Part shown: piece after piece, positions 11,247 to 22,520 of the stretch | How the letters are laid out: each line of letters opens with the position of its first letter | Numbering within the stretch: the stretch's first letter is position 1 | From: Octopus sinensis | Lineage: Eukaryota | Direction of reading: 5' to 3' | Assembly (NCBI RefSeq): GCF_006345805.1 | Contig: NC_043010.1 | Location: forward strand, 19,592,001-19,656,000 | Length of the DNA stretch: 64,000 nt | The notes under the pieces: generated by a model | Seen by the model: only the letters and a program-made list of their open reading frames with translations | Database searches by the model: none | Told to the model about the DNA's origin: nothing | Translations under genes and position numbers: made by a program

Positions 11247-14183
11247 ATGCAAGAAATAAGGTGGAGAGGAGGATCTGCTAGGGTCTTCACAGGCAAGGGA
11301 CACAGGTACAAGATTTTCTGGGCAGGGAACACTGACGGGGTTGGTGGCGTGGGTATAATTATCGCTGAGAAATGGATAGATAGAGTAATTGAGGTAATCA
11401 GAGTAAGTGACAGAATACTTAAGATTCGAATAGTGCTTCATAATAGATTAGCAACCATTATATCGGCCTATGCCCCTCAGCCAGGGCTACCCGATGGACA
11501 GAAAGACAGTTTCTATGACACCCTACTGCAGACCACCTCATCGACGAACGACAGGGACCTTCTCTTTGTGGCTGGTGATTTCAATGGGCATGTTGGACGA
11601 CATGCTGGGGGCTTCCATGGCGTACATGGAGGCTACGGTTATGGTTCCCGCAACGAGGAGGGAACCAGGCTGCTGGAGTTCTGCGATGCGAATAGTCTTA
11701 TGGTCTGCAACACTAACTTCAGGAAACCAACAAGCCACCTGGTCACCTACCGATCGGGCCGGCATACTAGCCAAATCGACTACATCCTTGCCAGAAAAAG
11801 GGAAAGATGGCTGCTTAAAAATGCCAAAACCTTCCCAGGCGAAGAATGCACCCCACAACATAGACTGGTAGTTAGTGACTTTAGGATCAGGACTAAGAGG
11901 GCGACTAGAAGACGACCAACATGGAGAAGAAGGGTCTGGAAGCTTAAAGCCCCTGCGAATGGACAGAGATTTAGAGATATGTTACTTGAAGCCTTTGACG
12001 AAGTGGAAGGGGGTATAGCTACACATGGGGTAGAAGACAACTGGACGTTTCTGAGGGACAACCTGCTGAAAGCCGCTGACCAGATCTGTGGCTGGTGCAA
12101 AGTCCCCTTAAGACCCAAAATAACGTGGTGGTGGAACAATATTGTTGACAGGGCTATTAGACAAAAGAAACAGGCTTGGAAGGCCTGGAAAAACGGTGGT
12201 AGCAGGGAAGGGTATCAGACTGCCAGAAGGGAAGCTAGGAGACAGGTCTATCTAGCCAGAGGGGAAGCAGATAAGAGAAAATTTGCCAATGTCCTGCGCC
12301 GTGAGGATGAAAGACTTGAGGTATTTCGTGTTGCAAGACAGTGTGAGAGAGAATCGTGATGTGGTAGGAGAGAAATGTGTTCGCATGGAGGATGGTTCAC
12401 TTGCGCTAAATGAGGATGCAAAGAGAGAAGCTTGGAGACGCCACTATGAAAGGTTACTGAATGAGGAAAATGAATGGGATAAAGAGAGTCTGCCGAATGT
12501 TGACCCTACAGAGGGACCAGCTATCCGAGTTGATAGTTCCGTGGTAGCTAAGGCAATTAGAAGCATGAAGACAGGGAAAGCCCCAGGCCCATCAGGAATT
12601 ACTGCAGAGATGCTCAAAATATCTGGCAGTGTCGGCTATAACCTAGTCACCCGTATAGTCAACCAGGTGATACACGAAGGAGTCATACCCAATGACTGGT
12701 GCAGCAGCATACTAGTCAACTGCTACAAAGGTAAAGGTGATGCCCTAGATACAAATAATTACAGAGGTATCAAGCTGTTGGATCAAGTAATGAAGGTTAC
12801 GGAGAGGGTCATAGCCCAACTAATCAGAGAGAGAGTTAGTTTAGATGAGATGCAGTTTGGGTTCGTGCCAGGAAAAAGTACCACTGATGCTATATTCCTG
12901 GTAAGGCAGCTGCAGGAGAAATACCTAGCCAAAGATAAGCCCCTGTACCTGGCTTTCGTTGACATGGAGAAAGCTTTTGATAGGGTCCCCCGATCCCTTA
13001 TCTGGTGGTCAATGAGGAAACTAGGGATAGATGAATGGCTGGTGAGGACTGTGCAAGCCATGTACAGAGATGCCGTAAGTAAGGTTAGGGTTGGCAACAT
13101 GTACACAGAAGAATTCAAAGTAGAGGTTGGGGTCCACCAGGGTTCAGTACTCAGCCCCCTCCTATTTATCATAGTACTCCAGGCAATTACGGAGGAATTC
13201 AAGACAGGCTGTCCCTGGGAGCTCCTCTACGCTGACGACCTTGCTCTTATTGCTGAGTCACTATCAGAACTGGAGGAGAAGTTCCAGGTGTGGAAGGAGG
13301 GTTTAGAATCAAGGGGCCTTAGAGTCAACCTAGCTAAAACCAAAGTACTAATAAGTAGAAAGGTAGACAATCCACAAATATCTTCAGGAAGATGGCCCTG
13401 CTCGATCTGTAGAAAAGGTGTAGGTAGAAACTCTATAAGATGTACCCAGTGTAAGCTATGGACACATAAGAGGTGCAGCAATGTCAAAGGTAGGCTAACT
13501 GGGAAGATAGTTTTTGTATGTGGCAGATGCTCGGGAGCATTAACCTCCGAAAATCTGCAGAAAACAACTTCCGTCACTTTCCAGGGGGAAAAACTAGAAG
13601 TAGTTGATAGCTTCCGTTATCTAGGTGACCAAGTCAGTAGTGGGTGGGGTGCGCTGAAAGTGTAACTGCTAGAATAAGAATAGCCTGGGCAAAGTTTAGG
13701 GAGCTCTTACCTCTGCTGGTGACTAAAGGCCTCTCGCTCAGAGTAAAAGGCAGACTGTATGATGCGTGTGTACGAACAGCCATGCTACATGGCAGCGAAA
13801 CATGGGCTGTGACTGCTGAGGACATGCGTAAGCTCGTGAGGAATGAAGCCAGTATGCTCCGATGGATGTGTAATGTCAGTGTACATACTCGACAGAGCGT
13901 TAGCACCTTGAGAGAAATGTTGTACCTAAGAAGCATCAGTTGTGGTGTGCAAGAGAGACGATTGCGCTGGTATGGTCATGTGGCGAGAATGGATGAAGAT
14001 AGGTGTGTGAGAAAGTGCCAATCCCTAGCAGTTGAGGGAACCCGTGGAAGAGGTAGACCCAGGAAAACCTGGGACGAGGTGGTGAAGCACGACCTTCGAA
14101 CTTTAGGCCTCACTGAGGAAATGACCAGAGACCGAGACCTTTGGAAATATTCTGTACGTGAGAAGACCAGGCAGGACAAGTGA
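11247..14183 (+). pseudogene. RTE APE endonuclease / reverse transcriptase ORF with two frameshifts (~12343, ~13645)
   Basis: APE motifs MQE, SAYAPQ, GDFNGH, SQIDY, QHRLV; RT motifs YRGIKLL, QFGF, DMEKAFD, GVHQGSVLSPLLF, LYADDL, FRYLG across ORFs 11247..12359, 12283..13665 and 13644..14183. Confidence 0.92.
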
Positions 14184-14266
14184 GCCCAGCCCACTTATGA
14201 ATGCCTTTCCTCCCTTGGACACAAAGACCGGTTGAGGCAAGCGAAGTCGATATAGAACCTCATCCG

Positions 14267-14713
14267 ACGACAGACACCCATCCCAACCCCCCATGCTTGC
14301 GAAGACATGTTGGAGCAAGCGAAATCGAAACCGAATTGAACCAGCCAGGATCCCTGGCCTGGTGGTACGTAAAAAGCACTATCCGACTCGGGGCCGTGGC
14401 ACGTAAAATACTCCAATGCGACCGTACGACAGGCACCCATGCCAACCCCCTTTGCTTGTGAAGACATGTTGGGGCAAGCGAAATCGAAATCGAATTGAAC
14501 CAGCCAGGATCCCTGGTCTGGTGGTACGTAAAAAGCACTATCCGACTCGTGGCCGTGGCACGTAAAATACTCCAATGCGACCGTACGACAGGCACCCTTG
14601 CCAACCCCCTTTGCTTGTGAAGACATGTTGGGGCAAGCGAAATCGAAATCGAATTGAACCAGCCAGGATCCCTGGTCTGGTGGTACGTAAAAAGCACTAT
14701 CCGACTCGTGGCC
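14267..14713 (+). repeat. 159-bp tandem repeat (~2.8 copies) in the LINE 3' UTR
   Basis: GAAGACATGT recurs at 14301, 14460 and 14619; a 53-aa periodicity shows in the minus-strand ORF 14195..14827. Confidence 0.9.
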
Positions 14714-15153
14714 GATGCCAGCACCGCCTCGACTGGCTTCGTGCCGGTGGCACATAAAATACACCAATCTGACCGTGGCCATTGCCAGCCCCGCCTGGCA
14801 CCTGTGCAGGTGGCACGTAAAAAGCACCCACTACACTCACGGAGTGGTTGGCGTTAGGAAGGGCATCCAGCTGTAGAAACATTGCCAAATTAGACTGGAG
14901 CCTGGTGCAGCCTTCTGGCTTCCCAGAACCCCGGTCGAACCGTCCAACCCATGCTAGCATGGAGAACGGACGTTAAACGACGATGATGATGATGATGATC
15001 TAGCATATAGGCTGTCCACGTTTAGTGGTCAGTCCTCTAAATTTTATATGTAAAACAATTTTTAATCTTCAGATTTTTTTAAAATATGCTAAGCCACTGG
15101 TTTTAATTGATTAATATCAATTTCTACCCTTATTTAATTATATATATATATAT

Positions 15154-15213
<60 letters not shown>

Positions 15214-15540
15214 CTGTGTATTTCCTCTTCTTTATATTGTGATGGGTGACCTTATTGTAAACAAGTGTCTCCACCATAAAAGCAGTGCCATTTCCAATCT
15301 TTTGAACAGATTTGATATTTTCTTGTGACCAGACATGTCTTGCTTTTGGAAACTAATGAGGTTTGATGATAAAAAGGGCATCTGATCATAGACGACCTGC
15401 CTCAACAAATTCTGTCTTGACCCATGCAAACATGGGAAAGGTGGACATTGAAACAATGATGAGATATGAGAGAGAGAGAGAGATGCAATGTGTGTGATTA
15501 CAAACTCTGAACTATGTTGTTGTTGTTGTTGCTTTTGCAG

Positions 15541-15654
15541 TTGAAAAAGATGGAAGATAATGAGGGCAAGCTACAGGAAGATCTCTCAGAAGCCAGGGAA
15601 CAAATTGAAGATTTAGAATTTCGGATTCTAGAATTAGAGGAAAGTCAGAACACG
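15541..15654 (+). CDS. JAKMIP: JAKMIP-like exon 6 (LKKMEDNEGKLQEDLSEAREQIEDLEFRILELEESQNT)
   Basis: ttttgcag acceptor, ACG|gtgagt donor, 114 bp; LEFRILELEE motif. Confidence 0.92.
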
Positions 15655-16059
15655 GTGAGTTTAGCTTTACACAGAACTGCATTCCTGCACTGATGAGCAT
15701 TGGCATGATATCATGCACACCCTAACATACTTACACACAATAGATAGCATGCACACACACACATGCACACCCTAACATACACACACATTGATTTACAAGT
15801 GTATCCACATTCATAAATGTTTTCTTGTAAAATCAGTCTTTTGGGTTTATCCAGTATAGCTGTTGCTATGAAGCCCCATGCCCGTCTTCATTGGACAGAC
15901 CTATGATCAAAGGTTTTCCAACCATGACTGTCCCATCTTTTTCTACCTCTAACATATCTAGAATTACATCATTATTTAACAATCTACTTTCTTTAACACA
16001 GTTGTGTGTGACATTGGGAGAGATTTAGCTGTTATTTCCAGTAGATAAAACTAGTGTTG

Positions 16060-16236
16060 AGAGTGTATGCATATATATATATATATATATGTCTATATAT
16101 ATATATGTGTGTATATATATATATGTGTATATATGTGCGTATATATATATGTGCATATATATATATGTGTATATATTTCTATATGTGCGTATATATATAT
16201 ATATATATATATAATGTGCATATATATATATGTGCG

Positions 16237-16275
<39 letters not shown>

Positions 16276-16292
16276 CATATATATATATGTGC

Positions 16293-16330
<38 letters not shown>

Positions 16331-16349
16331 CATATATATATGTGCGTAT

Positions 16350-16383
<34 letters not shown>

Positions 16384-16424
16384 ATATATGTGCATATATA
16401 TATGTGCATATATATATATGTGCG

Positions 16425-16456
<32 letters not shown>

Positions 16457-16740
16457 ATATATATATGTGCATATATATATGTGCATATATATAGTGCATA
16501 TATATATATGTGCATATATATATGTGCATATATATATATGTGTGTATATATATATATGTGCATATATATATATGTGCATATATATATGTGTATATATATA
16601 TATATGTGTATATATATATATATGTGCGTATATATATATATATATGTGCGTATATATATATATATGTGCGTATATATATATATATGTGCATATATATATG
16701 TGTATATATATGTGTGTGTATATATATATGTATGTATATA
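16060..16740. repeat. compound (AT)n/GTGC microsatellite, about 680 bp
   Basis: direct reading; source of the many Y/I/C/H pseudo-ORFs. Confidence 0.95.
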
Positions 16741-16741
16741 T

Positions 16742-17042
16742 CACGTGACAGACTAGGCTATCAGATGTTGCTACACATCGCTGGTCACAATGCGCTTCGC
16801 ATTGTTTTAGCCTTCAAATGACGCCACCCCGCTGGCTAAGCAAGCAGGCCAACAGAAGAAAGAGTGAGAGAAAATTGCTGCGAAAGAGTACGGCAGGGAT
16901 CGCCACCACCCCCTGCTGGAGCCTCATGGAGCTTTAGGTGTTTTCGCTCAATAAACACTCACAACGCCCAGTCTTGGAATCGAAACCACGATCTTACGAC
17001 TGCGAGTCCGCTGCCCTTACCACTGGGCCATTGTGTCTCCAC
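16742..17042 (-). mobile_element. tRNA-derived SINE (family C-related)
   Basis: reverse head TGGCCCAGTGGTAAGG...GGTTTCGATTCC; its tail is shared with 22230-22340. Confidence 0.7.
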
Positions 17043-18954
17043 ACACACTCACACACACACACCACACACACACACACACACACAGGGATGGCCATGAGTC
17101 GCTTTAGCCATTTCTAATAATGAAGAAGAAATGGGTAAAGTGACTTATGGCCACCCCCCCCCCACCCCCGTGTGTAAATAGTTAAAGAAGCATGTTGTTG
17201 AAGTTGGTGAAGTAATGGATTTCAGGTTGATTATGTTTTCCTGTTCAGATTTGTGACAGATGTTTAGATGTGTTCAAGTGGCGGGGGGGGGGGGTTAGAG
17301 GCAGGAATTAACTTCCACATACCACTGACCAAATAACTGAAGGGAAAATAGCTAGCAGCAGGTCTTGAAATAATCAGGCTTGACACATTCCTGGAGACAT
17401 TCAACAGACACTACCACCACCACCCCACAATCGCCACCACCACCACCACCACTACCACCACTCCCACATCTAATGATTATCTGTGATCTTCTCCATAATT
17501 TCTGTTAGGATATGTCTCTTTGTAGTTGTCTAACAAACACTGATTTACTCTGACCCACCTGTCCTCCCACCCCCTCCACCACACATTTCTCATATGTTGC
17601 TTCTTGTTTGTCTAACTTCACCACCTCTCCTAACTCTTATCTCTTTTACCTGTACCACACACACACACACACACACCTTTCCTCCTCACCTTCATTCTCA
17701 GTGCTCTACTCTACCACTGCTCCCATTGTAACGTCCCCCCCCCCACACACACACATACACAGTGTCTGTCCCCTTTTCTTCATAGACTCCCAGTTGTGTT
17801 TGGATCATTCACTGCTGTCTGTCAACAGTGACTTGACATCTCCCAGGGTTTCTGATTGGCAGCTAAACTCTGAGAAACAGCATTCCTCTGCTTCCTGCCA
17901 CAAACACTGTCACCTATACCCCCCCCCCCCCCCGGCCACCACCCCCACACTCTATGGCCTATACCATCTCTACCACACTGTCACCTAGATCCCCCCCCGA
18001 CCACCACCCCACTCACACGTACTAGTCTGTCACCTGTATCATCACTATTAGACTGTTACCGGACAGAAGCACAAGTGATATATTGTACAACAAAGCTGTT
18101 TTCCTAAGGGATTCTACTTGACTGATCGGACCCCAGTATATTACTAGTATTTAACCAACCCTGCAACTTGTTAACCTGATAGAAATAGGATTTATGTTTC
18201 ATGGAGACAGGTGAGATTTGAACCCTGTTACCTATAATATTAAACTATATTATCATTCAGCATTTATTCTAGTTCCCACTCTGTGCTCCACACACACACA
18301 CACACACCACACACACACACACCACATCACGCCACACTCCTTACATACTGTAACCATGAGGAGCCTGTATGTGGTCTGTCAACGTGCTAAAACCTGCAGT
18401 CAAACTCCCTTCAAATCAAACTCCATCATCTTAAAAATATGACACATTAGGTAATGTGGTGCCAGACTCCCTGTACAAAGACAAAGACAGATGGAGTGGT
18501 CGTGGATAGAGTGCCTAGAGCTAAACAACATAAACAAACATCACTACTTATATACATATACTTATATATATACACACACATACATACACACATGTGTGTG
18601 TGTGTGTGTTTGAAAGCATATGGGCTAGTGGTTATGGTGTTGGGCTCACGATTGCAATGTCTTGGGTTCATTTCCTAAACCGGGTAGTTTGTTATGCCCT
18701 TAAGCAAGGTGCATCATTTAATGCTGCTCCTATCTACCCAACTGAAAATCGGTACTACCCTAGTGCTGGTGCAGCCATTACTCCCTCCAGCTAATCACAT
18801 ATTTGATGTTCCAGTGGACCAAGGGTACCTGCATCTGTTCATGGCTACAAAACCACCCAGGAACAATTAGTGAAGGTCTGTCACAAGCCTCCAGGTCATT
18901 CATATTCCCTTATGCAAGTCATGACTGTGTTTCTTCTTTTTTGCTTACACACAC

Positions 18955-19147
18955 ACGTGCTAGCAGGGTGCCAAGAGCACCATTCGAGCGTGATTGTTAC
19001 CAACGTCACCTTACTGGCACCTGTGCTGGTGGCATGTGTAAAAAGATTCAAGTGAGGTCGTTGCCAGTACCGCCTGACTGGCCTCCGTGCCGCTGGATGT
19101 AAAAAGCACCCACTACACTCTCGGAGTGGTTGGTGTTTGGAAGGGCA
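18955..19147 (+). mobile_element. RTE 3'-tail copy (3' end missing)
   Basis: GCACCCACTACACTCTCGGAGTGGTTGG...GAAGGGCAT. Confidence 0.7.
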
Positions 19148-19574
19148 TAAAAAAAACTTTAAAAAGTTGTTGTTTTTTTTAATTATTAAAATATGGACAG
19201 TGTGAATTTGTGGCTTAAATTTCAGCAATAAACCATTAAATGTGTTCAAGGGGAGAAAGATATTGAAAAGTATCAGACTGACAAGCAAATGAGGGAAGTA
19301 GGATGTGGTCATGAGGTGTGCTAAAAATACCAGCTAAATAGCCCTTAAATCACACACAATTTTTTTTTTTTTTCGCTTACTCGTATGAATTTCCATGTTT
19401 GGAATACTGATTCACAGAAAATTTCTGAAAATTCCAAAGAATAAAAGTTATTAGAGGTTACATATCATGCTTAAAGCAGAATGGTTCTTGATTTTTTTAT
19501 GGGTGTATATTGTACATGCACACACCCCATATTTTACTCAGTAAATCTAATTTTGAAATATACCCGTTTCAAAT

Positions 19575-19780
19575 TTTTAGCACAAGCCCAGCAATTTAAG
19601 GGGAGGTGATAATCAATTACATTGACCCTAGTACACAACTAGTATTTATTTTATTGGCCCTGAAAAGATAAAAGGTAAAGCCAACTTTGATGGAATTTGA
19701 ACCCAGAATACAAAGATGGATGAAATGCTGCCACACATTTTGACCGGCATGCTAATAATTCTGCCAGCTTGCCACCTTAA
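19575..19780 (-). mobile_element. SINE family B, inverted relative to the adjacent array
   Basis: ends CTGCCAGCTTGCCACCTTAA (reverse of the head). Confidence 0.75.
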
Positions 19781-19945
19781 TTTCAAAATTTAATATAAAC
19801 ATAAGACAGATTGTAACCACCTGTTTGTTTCTCATCTTCCTTTTATATCACTATTTTGACTTTTCTCGCATCTTAATATTGCATCCTATGTAAGACTGCA
19901 TGAAAGGATAATAATAACAATCATTATTATTATTATTATTATTAA

Positions 19946-20417
19946 AGGCAGTGAGCTGGCAGAATCGTTAGCATGCCAGGCAAGATTCTTAGCGGCATTC
20001 TGTCTGCCGCTACATTCTGAGTTCAAATACCACGGAGATTGACTTTGCCTTTCATCCTTTCGGGGCTGATAAAATAAGTACCTGTTGTACACTGGGGTCG
20101 ATGTAATCAACTTAACCCCTTTCTCAAAATTGCTGGCTTTGTGGCAAAATTTGAAACCATTATTATTATTATTATTATATTATTATTATTATATTATTAT
20201 TGAAGGTGGCAAGCTGGTAGAGCTGTTAGCACGCTGGACGAAATGCTTAGCAGTATTTTTCCCATCGCTATGTTCTGAGTTCAAATTCTGCCGAGGTCAA
20301 CTTTGCCTTTCATCCTTTCAGGGTCAATAAATTAAGTACCAGTGAAACATTGGGGTCGATGTAATCAATTAGTCTCCTCCCTACAAATTTGAAGCTGTGT
20401 GCCTCCAGCAGAAAGGG

Positions 20418-20451
<34 letters not shown>

Positions 20452-20882
20452 GGTGGCAAGCTGGCAGAATCGTTAGCATACCAGGCAAAATGCTTTGTGA
20501 TATTTCCTCCATCTTTATGTTCTGAGATCAAATTCCACTGAGGTCGACTTCGCCTTTCATCCTCTTGGGTTCGATAAAATAAGTTGATGTAATCAATTTA
20601 CTCCCTCTCCAAAGATTAGTAGCCTTGTGCTAAAATTTGAAACCATCATTATTGTTATTATTATTATTATTATCGATAGAATAGCAGAATCGGTAGAGCA
20701 CAACACAAAATGCCTTACAGCACCTAGTTATGTCCCTTTACATTCTGAGTTCACATCCCACTGAGGTCGACTTTGCCTTTTATTCTTCAGGGTTTCATAG
20801 TCAAATATTAGAGTCAATGTAATCAACTAACCTCTTCTCACCCTACCACCCACAAATTTCAGGCTTTGTACCTATGTTGGAA

Positions 20883-20920
<38 letters not shown>

Positions 20921-21061
20921 GGCGGTGAGCTGTTAGAATTGTTAGAACGCTGGATGAAATGCTTAGCAGTATTTCGCCCAATGTTACGTTCTGAGTTCAA
21001 ATTCTTTACCTTTCATCCTTTTGGGATCAATAAATAGCCTTGTGCCTATAAAAGAAAGGAC

Positions 21062-21097
<36 letters not shown>

Positions 21098-21522
21098 CAT
21101 CATCATCATCAAGGCTGTGAGCTGGCAGAATCATTAGTATGCTGGGCAAAATGCTTGCTATGTTCTGAGTTCAAATTCCACTGAAGTCAACTTCGCCTTT
21201 CATCCTTTCGGGATTGATAAATTAAGCACCAGTCAAGTACTGGGGTCGATGTGATCAATTGTTCCCCTCCCTACAATAATCCAGGCCTTGTGCCTATTAT
21301 AGAAAGGATCGTTATTATTATTATCGTTATTATATTGTAAGGCAGTGAGCTGACAGAATCTTACCACACTGAACAAAATACTTTACAGCATTTTATCCGT
21401 CCTTATGTTCTAAGGTCAACTTTGCCCGTCACCCTTTCAGGGTCAATAAAATATGTACAAGGTGACATAATCAATTTACTCCCTCCCCCAAAGTTGCTGG
21501 CCTTGTACCAAAATTTGAAACC
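19946..21522 (+). mobile_element. head-to-tail array of 7 SINE family B copies separated by (ATT)n
   Basis: units start near 19946, 20203, 20450, 20675, 20919, 21111 and 21339 with AAGGY.G.GAGCTGGCAGAATC, then GAGTTCAAAT and GCCTTTCATCCTTTCGGGGTCGAT. Confidence 0.85.
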
Positions 21523-22239
21523 ATTGTTGTTGTGATCGTTCTTCTTTCGTTAGTGGAATTTTCTTTTATCTTTCTTCTCTTACAAACATCTGTCTGTTTG
21601 TCTTGTTTGTCATATCATGCCATTTGTTTAAATACACCTTTCACAACAGGATACTTGTTTAGCCCACTGCCACCAGCACCACCAGCACCACCACCACCAC
21701 CACCACTTCCCTCCACTGACAGAAAACAATGAAGTTTATTTAAGTTAAACTTAATCAATTTTAAATGAGGTCTCTGGGTTTAGTATGGAACATGGAACAC
21801 AATCAAGTAGCCAACCCCACCACCCTTCCTCATACAGCATGTGTTTTATTTAACTCCTCAAATCCCTTAGCCTGGTGCAGCCTCTGGCTCACCAGTCCTC
21901 AGTCAAACCGTCCAACCCATGCCAGCAAGGAAAGTGGACGTTAAACGACGACGATGATGATGATGATGGTTTCATCTTATTTACTTTGATGGAAAGTTAA
22001 AATGAGAATTGTTGTGTTCTCAAGAACATTAGTGAGGTGTCTGAAATGAAATAAACTCAACCAAGAGACGACAGTGAGGCCAGGCTGAGCTCACTGCTAG
22101 TTAACCTTACTGCCCTCTCTGTTATATGCCCATAGGAGAACCTCTGCAGGGTTAATATCTATAGGCAGTCAAATCACCCTTATATCACGTCCTACTGTCT
22201 TAAAACTGGATGGACACACATTGTCTTAGATATCATGTG

Positions 22240-22520
22240 ATTGACTAGACTATTAGATGTTGTTATACATCGCTTGTCACAATGCGCTTTGCATTGTTTT
22301 AGCTTATGAATGATGCCACGATGGCTAGGTAGGCAGGCCAACATTTGCTCTGGTCAGAAAACTATTCCGTCACAGGGTGATCCATTTACAGCTGAGTGGA
22401 CTGGGGCAATTTGAAATGAAGTGTTTTGTTCAAGAACACAATGCACCACCTAGTCTGGAAATCGAACCCATGATCTCATGATCGTGCGTGCAGCCTACCT
22501 AACCACTTGGTCATGCACTT
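22240..22520 (-). mobile_element. SINE family C-related, composite
   Basis: GAGTGGACTGGGGCAAT...ATCGAACCC...CTAACCACTTGG. Confidence 0.55.

Larger units (their letters stand above)
11235..14999 (+). mobile_element. RTE-clade non-LTR retrotransposon (LINE), slightly 5'-truncated, with 3' UTR and (GAT)n tail
   Basis: single APE+RT reading frame split by two indels; 3' UTR ends AACCCATGCTAGCATGG...GTTAAACGACGATGATGATGAT. Confidence 0.92.

Noticed and set aside
12783-13577. Minus-strand ORFs of 139 and 116 aa
   Set aside because: Antisense shadows of the RT coding region.
14195-14827. 210-aa and 154-aa minus-strand ORFs with 53-aa repeats
   Set aside because: By-product of the 159-bp tandem repeat in the LINE 3' UTR.
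16025-16821. Cluster of long Y/I/C/H/M ORFs
   Set aside because: Translations of the (AT)n-rich microsatellite.
17239-17279. Possible micro-exon ICDRCLDVF after ttcctgttcag
   Set aside because: Only a weak out-of-phase donor (gtggcg) before a poly-G run.
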